Positions 22,539 through 26,955 of a stretch of 26,955 nucleotides of DNA are shown here, piece after piece. The stretch spans positions 1 to 26,955 of IMG/VR virus record IMGVR_UViG_3300013104_000003. One strand, given 5' to 3'. The notes beneath the pieces were generated by a model. The model saw only the letters and a program-made list of their open reading frames with translations. It was not told the origin of the DNA and ran no database searches. Each line of letters starts with the position of its first letter. Positions within the stretch are counted from its first letter, which is position 1. Position numbers and translations under genes: made by a program. Source of the DNA: a virus. Taxonomy: Duplodnaviria > Heunggongvirae > Uroviricota > Caudoviricetes.

Positions 22539-22552
22539 GTGAGGACCAAAAA

Positions 22553-22738
22553 ATGACACAGGTTTACAATTATGATGAGCACTTGATCAAAGACTTCATC
22601 CAATATATTTCAGATACACACAAATGTGCTGTAGTTCAGTTTCCAGATGAGTTTGCTGCTCATCAATATGTCAATTACAAATTTATCAATGTCCCTGAGC
22701 TAATCCAAGACTTCATTGAGAGTAAAGATAATGACTAA
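22553..22738 (+). CDS. Hypothetical protein
   Basis: GAGG RBS. Confidence 0.7.
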   Translation: MTQVYNYDEHLIKDFIQYISDTHKCAVVQFPDEFAAHQYVNYKFINVPELIQDFIESKDND

Positions 22739-22880
22739 TGAAGAAAGACAAGAACTTGAAGAAGAACTTAAGACTTGCGAGGATGCTTATTACGTAAGTG
22801 ATCTTGCAGCATTGAGATATTATCAGATAAAGAAACTTCTTGAGGAAGATGATGTACAAATGCAAAATGTTAGTGAATAA
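22731..22880 (+). CDS. Hypothetical acidic protein (49 aa)
   Basis: MTNEERQELEEELKTCEDAYYVSDLAALRYYQIKKLLEEDDVQMQNVSE; overlaps both neighbours. Confidence 0.55.
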   Translation: MTNEERQELEEELKTCEDAYYVSDLAALRYYQIKKLLEEDDVQMQNVSE

Positions 22881-23028
22881 TGCTTGGATAGAATGTCTAG
22901 ATTGTGGGATGTATAAAGATCCTACATCCGGACTTCTGTTGTTTGTGATTATGGAGATTGAATCTGGACACAAGTATTATTTGACGGAAGATGAAGTATT
23001 GGAGAAAGTAAGATATGGATCTGATTAA
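22852..23028 (+). CDS. Hypothetical protein
   Basis: GAGG RBS; start re-called at ATG 22852. Confidence 0.6.
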   Translation: MYKCKMLVNNAWIECLDCGMYKDPTSGLLLFVIMEIESGHKYYLTEDEVLEKVRYGSD

Positions 23029-23545
23029 ACATCTGTTGTGTCGCAACTATGATCCTAGTAGATATGTCAACCATGTGCTGGACACTAAAGATAGTATTCT
23101 AACCGTGTATCTGACTAATTTGTCTGGACAATTTGTAGGATTCCAGCAATATAGACCGGATGTCAAAGAAAAACGTCTGAATGATCCCAGAGAGTCAAGG
23201 TATTTCACTTATTCTCAACGTGGCGTTAATGCTTGCTGGGGATTGGAAACACTTGACCCAAACAAGAAAGATCTTTATATTGTTGAAGGGATTTTTAAAG
23301 CCTCCACTTTACACATGCTTGGATTTAACTCGCTAGCGCTTCTTACCAGTCACCCTAAACCAATGAAATCTTGGCTGCACACACTGAATTACAATGTGAT
23401 CGGTGTAGGTGACAACGATAGTGCCGGTAGTGGAATTATCAAAGTAGCTGGGAAAGGATTCAAGCTTGAGAAAGATGTAGATGAATATCAATTGGAAGAA
23501 TTAAAGGGTATCCTTGATGAACAAGTGTCCAGAATGCAATCCTAA
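23015..23545 (+). CDS. Stand-alone Toprim-domain (primase-like) protein
   Basis: LYIVEG.F and GDNDSAG Toprim motifs; preceded by G..VGFQQY..RY. Confidence 0.75.
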   Translation: MDLIKHLLCRNYDPSRYVNHVLDTKDSILTVYLTNLSGQFVGFQQYRPDVKEKRLNDPRESRYFTYSQRGVNACWGLETLDPNKKDLYIVEGIFKASTLHMLGFNSLALLTSHPKPMKSWLHTLNYNVIGVGDNDSAGSGIIKVAGKGFKLEKDVDEYQLEELKGILDEQVSRMQS

Positions 23546-23687
23546 TGAAGCCTCACCTTGGTATGAACAACCAATGAATGAAGAGATTAGGGAATACGCA
23601 AGGAAATACGTCAGCCCTGTGAAGATGTTTTATCCATCTTTTGAGCAAGCTATGGAACAATGGGAGAAAAATGATGCTAGTAGTTGA
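23517..23687 (+). CDS. Hypothetical protein (56 aa), CxxC, weakly Lar-like
   Basis: MNKCPECNP...SFEQAMEQWEK. Confidence 0.55.
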   Translation: MNKCPECNPNEASPWYEQPMNEEIREYARKYVSPVKMFYPSFEQAMEQWEKNDASS

Positions 23688-23829
23688 AGATATCTGTGGC
23701 GACGAAGATGACACATTCTTAGAATTAGAATATTTCAGAGTTGTTCTTCAAGAAGCAATTTACCAAGAGCTACTTAAATGTGATAAGATTGCACCAAACT
23801 TTGATTTTATGGATAGGATATTCAAATGA
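23671..23829 (+). CDS. Hypothetical protein
   Basis: GGGAG RBS; start re-called at ATG 23671. Confidence 0.65.
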   Translation: MMLVVEDICGDEDDTFLELEYFRVVLQEAIYQELLKCDKIAPNFDFMDRIFK

Positions 23830-23960
23830 TTCAAGGATTAAAACTAGCACTAAAACACTGCACTAAATACGAAGACAGGATGTATTTGCAATTTCTTATT
23901 CGTGTTGAATTGAGTAAAAACAGTCCTGAAGCTATTTATGGAATTGAGGAGATTAGTTGA
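23826..23960 (+). CDS. Hypothetical protein (44 aa)
   Basis: AGGA RBS, ATGA/TGATG overlaps. Confidence 0.6.
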   Translation: MIQGLKLALKHCTKYEDRMYLQFLIRVELSKNSPEAIYGIEEIS

Positions 23961-24205
23961 TGGGTTTTAAAATAGACTTTGTAATTGAAGGTGGGGATTT
24001 AATTGATGAAATTGGAGGGCAGCTTGTTTACACAGAAAAAGTAGTTGTATCTGGGAATTCTATAAGTGATTATGTTTGCATTTCTCAAAATGAGCATTGT
24101 GTGGAATTTACAACTAGGCAGTTTGAAGAGTTTATCCGAGAGTCTTTAAAATCTTCATTATTTGTTGGGCTACGTGAGGAGATAGCACATAATGAGTTCT
24201 ACTAA
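23960..24205 (+). CDS. Hypothetical protein
   Basis: GAGGAG RBS. Confidence 0.65.
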   Translation: MGFKIDFVIEGGDLIDEIGGQLVYTEKVVVSGNSISDYVCISQNEHCVEFTTRQFEEFIRESLKSSLFVGLREEIAHNEFY

Positions 24206-24494
24206 AACATACCAAGACCCCAACTACTGTCTTCCAATCCCTTATGCAAGCCTTCCCTATCTGCACAGTAAGCTTGGAGACATTGAAACTGTAGCTTGTG
24301 TATGTCATATTTGGAATAGGTTTCACAGGGATGATAGCCTTCGTGTGAAGGGTGATGATGGACATGTGACGATATTTATTACAGGGAAGTGTAGTGATGT
24401 GAAGCAAGTGTTGGGCATTTGTAAGAATGTTACTTCAATTTGTGTGGAAGTGAGGCATGAGCCTACTATTGAAACTATTACGATTGAATATTGA
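24192..24494 (+). CDS. Hypothetical protein
   Basis: GAGGAG RBS; 100 aa. Confidence 0.7.
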   Translation: MSSTKTYQDPNYCLPIPYASLPYLHSKLGDIETVACVCHIWNRFHRDDSLRVKGDDGHVTIFITGKCSDVKQVLGICKNVTSICVEVRHEPTIETITIEY

Positions 24495-24504
24495 GGAGAA
24501 ATAA

Positions 24505-24627
24505 ATGGCTACGCTAATAATTGTTGTTTATTTTATTTTTCTACTTTATGTTCTTATTGAATAAACCATAAGTGCTAATATTCTGGCAGTATTTGGTGTA
24601 AAGTGGTGGAATATTGATAGTTTGTGA
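24505..24627 (+). pseudogene. Small membrane-protein gene interrupted by an in-frame TAA (24562-24564)
   Basis: GAGGAG RBS; MATLIIVVYFIFLLYVLIE*TISANILAVFGVKWWNIDSL*; second stop abuts the next RBS. Confidence 0.45.
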
Positions 24628-24637
24628 GGACGAGAGA

Positions 24638-25114
24638 ATGTTACTAGATTTAACTAAAAGAGAGCTTATTTGTCTTGTACGAGGCTGCGAACCTAGCTAT
24701 GAGCAGATGGATATTCCAATTATTAGAACTCTGGGATATTATTATGGTGGACATAGTGATGAGTGGACTTGGAATTATGGTGCCTTTGATGGTATGAGTG
24801 AGTTGCAGATTTATGAAGTTTATAAAATTCTGCAAAATCCACCACCAGAAAAGAAGGTCTATTGGAGAAAAGGTCCTTGCACAATAAATGAGCTACACGC
24901 CAAACTTAAAAGTTTAGCTGGTGTTGAGTATGTTTATATTGAAGATCACCTTGACCTTTCAGTTACTGTCACAGTAGTTGGTGGTACTGATAGTGAAATT
25001 GCAGACGTGTTGGCAGAGTCTCTAATGTCTTGTGTAAGGACACTAGGGGATTATCAAGTGCAAGCGACCGGTCCTATGGGGTGGAAGTTTTTGATCAAGA
25101 GGTGCTTAGGATGA
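24638..25114 (+). CDS. Chimeric hypothetical protein; C-terminal half resembles a baseplate-J-like segment
   Basis: Start re-called at ATG 24638; LKSLAGVEYVYIE...VTVVGGTDSEIADVL...RTLGD..VQAT. Confidence 0.65.
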   Translation: MLLDLTKRELICLVRGCEPSYEQMDIPIIRTLGYYYGGHSDEWTWNYGAFDGMSELQIYEVYKILQNPPPEKKVYWRKGPCTINELHAKLKSLAGVEYVYIEDHLDLSVTVTVVGGTDSEIADVLAESLMSCVRTLGDYQVQATGPMGWKFLIKRCLG

Positions 25115-25296
25115 GCAGGTACAGAATTATAAAGTATAGTTATGAGTCTGGCGAGGTTAGGTATCAAATACAACAAAAGTTCTTGTGCATCTGGATTGAT
25201 GTTGGTGGAGAATATTGGGAAACTCTCGACTTTGCAAAAGAAAGACTTAGGCAGTTTGAAGGAAATAAGATTTTATCTAAATCAGTGATTTCTTAA
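25111..25296 (+). CDS. Hypothetical protein (MSxYRI family)
   Basis: GAGG RBS; start re-called at ATG 25111. Confidence 0.7.
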   Translation: MSRYRIIKYSYESGEVRYQIQQKFLCIWIDVGGEYWETLDFAKERLRQFEGNKILSKSVIS

Positions 25297-25312
25297 AGGG
25301 TGGGGAAAACTA

Positions 25313-25534
25313 ATGGGTATTGGCGGCTTGATGTTAGACGATAAGTGGGAAAACTCTTTTGTAGGTTGTTCTGTAGATGATACTCAGAGCGGCTGTAGGA
25401 TTGAGTTGCGGGATAATGAACACTTACCTACTGAAATATCTTTGACATTAACAACAGAACGTTGTATTGAGTTGAGAAACTATTTAAACAGATATATTGA
25501 GGCCTATGTCAACACCGGAGCAGATGATGAGTGA
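25313..25534 (+). CDS. Hypothetical protein
   Basis: GGGG RBS. Confidence 0.65.
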   Translation: MGIGGLMLDDKWENSFVGCSVDDTQSGCRIELRDNEHLPTEISLTLTTERCIELRNYLNRYIEAYVNTGADDE

Positions 25535-25736
25535 TTTCAATAGTTGGGATGAAGTAAAGGATTGGCTTCTGCAAGATGAATGTGTATTTTATTGGGCATG
25601 GACATATTCCAAAGATTGGATGACTTGTGGTGATTTTGAATGCGGATGTGAAGATGACTTTGATAATGTTGATGATGCCATAAAACAGTTGAGAGAAAGG
25701 TGTTCAGATAGGCTGCATATGGTGAAGAAGCTATGA
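25524..25736 (+). CDS. Hypothetical acidic, Cys/Trp-rich protein
   Basis: GGAG RBS; start re-called at ATG 25524/25527. Confidence 0.65.
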   Translation: MMSDFNSWDEVKDWLLQDECVFYWAWTYSKDWMTCGDFECGCEDDFDNVDDAIKQLRERCSDRLHMVKKL

Positions 25737-25969
25737 GCAAATATAGAATCGTAAAACGCCCTATGTGGCGTGTAGTTGGTTTAGTCGAGTGGAATGGTTA
25801 TAGTGGCTGCTACATTATAGAAAAGAAAGGTTGGTGGGGCTGGTCTATGATTGCAGATACACATCATATTTCTCTTAAAGAGTGCGAGAAGCATTTGGAA
25901 GATATTTTGGCTGAGAAATATGATGGAGATAGGTTTATTGTTAAAGAAGTTAATGTGGAGAAGGTATGA
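25733..25969 (+). CDS. Hypothetical protein (MSxYRI family)
   Basis: ATGA overlaps. Confidence 0.7.
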   Translation: MSKYRIVKRPMWRVVGLVEWNGYSGCYIIEKKGWWGWSMIADTHHISLKECEKHLEDILAEKYDGDRFIVKEVNVEKV

Positions 25970-26205
25970 AAGACGTTACAATACAAGATCCAGAATCAGG
26001 ACTAGACTTACATTACACATGGAATGATAAGTCTGGTTACTCTTTCACCGTAACTGGATATCAAAACAAAGAAGAGGTGAGGAAAGCCATTCATTTGTCT
26101 TTAAAGTATTGGCCTAAAGTGCCAGACGAACTGAAAGAAAAGATTGATGAGCATAACCAAATGATTCGTGATGTGTGTAGGAGTGTGGTGATTGATTATG
26201 ATTAA
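25966..26205 (+). CDS. Hypothetical protein
   Basis: GGAG RBS, ATGA overlap. Confidence 0.7.
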   Translation: MKDVTIQDPESGLDLHYTWNDKSGYSFTVTGYQNKEEVRKAIHLSLKYWPKVPDELKEKIDEHNQMIRDVCRSVVIDYD

Positions 26206-26225
26206 ACAGGTAAAGTGGATTGATG

Positions 26226-26411
26226 ATGGACGAAAATAAATTGCAACGTTGCACTGACTGTGGCGGGAAGCCTTACGTTAGTGTTTCTGGATACATACAT
26301 ATCTCTTGTGATAGGTGTGATGCATTGGTAGAGGTAGAACATATCAGTTATGAGGCTGCATACCTCTATTGGGAAATGATTCAAAATCAAAAGGCAGAAA
26401 GGGAAACATAA
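26226..26411 (+). CDS. Lar-like (restriction alleviation family) Zn-finger protein
   Basis: LQRCTDCGGKP...ISCDRCDA...EAAYLYW matches the Lar pattern L.PCPFCG..V.C..CGA..EA...WN. Confidence 0.55.
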   Translation: MDENKLQRCTDCGGKPYVSVSGYIHISCDRCDALVEVEHISYEAAYLYWEMIQNQKAERET

Positions 26412-26955
26412 TTGACTGAGTACATAAAAGAATTTATTGTTGACGACATACCTAATTACCCCATACTCTATATCAGAGATGGGGATTTTGTCTTTGCAAC
26501 TGACAAGCACACAGGAGAAATATACAAGAAGCTAACCTTATGGGAATATGTAAGTGTGTGGGTTGATGGATGGAATAATAACCCCTTATTCAATGAGTAT
26601 TACACAAAGGGCTATTCAGTCCCAAAGGATCATCCGGATACAGCAAAAGATATCGCTGAACTACTCAGGCTGTGTTCGGATAAGACTAGACACCGTAAAG
26701 GCGATGATGGATTCCTTCTAGACTTCTTGTGGGATGATTCCTGCACACTAACTGAAACCAAGCTATTCAAATACCTATGTGACAATGTTGTGGTCTGGAA
26801 TTACTCTGTGATTGATCCTGCTGACATGCACACTGCACTAGGTTTGAAAAGTAAGAAGAACACTGGACGACTATTCAAATCGTTACAAGAGAAAGGTTTG
26901 ATAAAGCTCTTGGATGATAAGTTCGATGTCAAAGGTGAATGGAGAAGCTTGGTTA
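26412..26955 (+). CDS. Hypothetical protein with a probable winged-HTH (partial, runs off window)
   Basis: TTG start, open for 181 codons; TLTETKLFKYL...DMHTALGLKSKKNTGRLFKSLQEKGLIK wHTH-like pattern. Confidence 0.65.
   Translation, partial: MTEYIKEFIVDDIPNYPILYIRDGDFVFATDKHTGEIYKKLTLWEYVSVWVDGWNNNPLFNEYYTKGYSVPKDHPDTAKDIAELLRLCSDKTRHRKGDDGFLLDFLWDDSCTLTETKLFKYLCDNVVVWNYSVIDPADMHTALGLKSKKNTGRLFKSLQEKGLIKLLDDKFDVKGEWRSLV

Noticed and set aside
9861-26510. Minus-strand and shifted-frame ORFs in the early region (e.g. 13621..14205, 11457..11768, 17828..18031, 19026..19346, 24132..24407, 26202..26510)
   Set aside because: Shadow ORFs of a tightly coupled plus-strand gene array with ATGA overlaps.

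Overview
A 27-kb segment of a lytic tailed-phage genome. It is probably a myovirus of a Gram-negative host, judging from sigma70-type promoters, a lipoprotein and an rV5/ICP1/PAK_P1-style packaging module; the exact taxon cannot be established from the sequence alone. Left third (1-9.1 kb, minus strand, in reading order): small hypothetical gene, HNH nuclease, putative terminase small subunit, small beta-rich protein, 669-aa fibre-like virion protein, hypothetical protein, NUMOD3-HNH homing endonuclease, terminase large subunit, portal, and the start of an S49-type prohead protease. Three long non-coding tracts (about 7100-7440, 7870-8210 and 9150-9625) are packed with hairpins and look like structured RNAs. 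I found no tRNAs. The 7870-8210 tract exposes UCC/UCCUC (anti-Shine-Dalgarno-like) motifs in nearly every loop on the minus strand, or GGA motifs on the plus strand; this is the most unusual signal in the window. Transcription diverges at about 9.7 kb. The right two-thirds (plus strand) is a dense early/accessory region of small overlapping ORFs. It includes an HD-domain (p)ppGpp-hydrolase-like protein, a PTH2-like protein, PhoH, a ClpP-like protease, dCTP deaminase, a cupin, a metallophosphatase, two AP2-type endonucleases, a Toprim protein, Lar-like Zn fingers, a lipoprotein, and two ORFs carrying apparent fragments of structural proteins. All family assignments come from motif recognition by eye; no database search or folding program was run.
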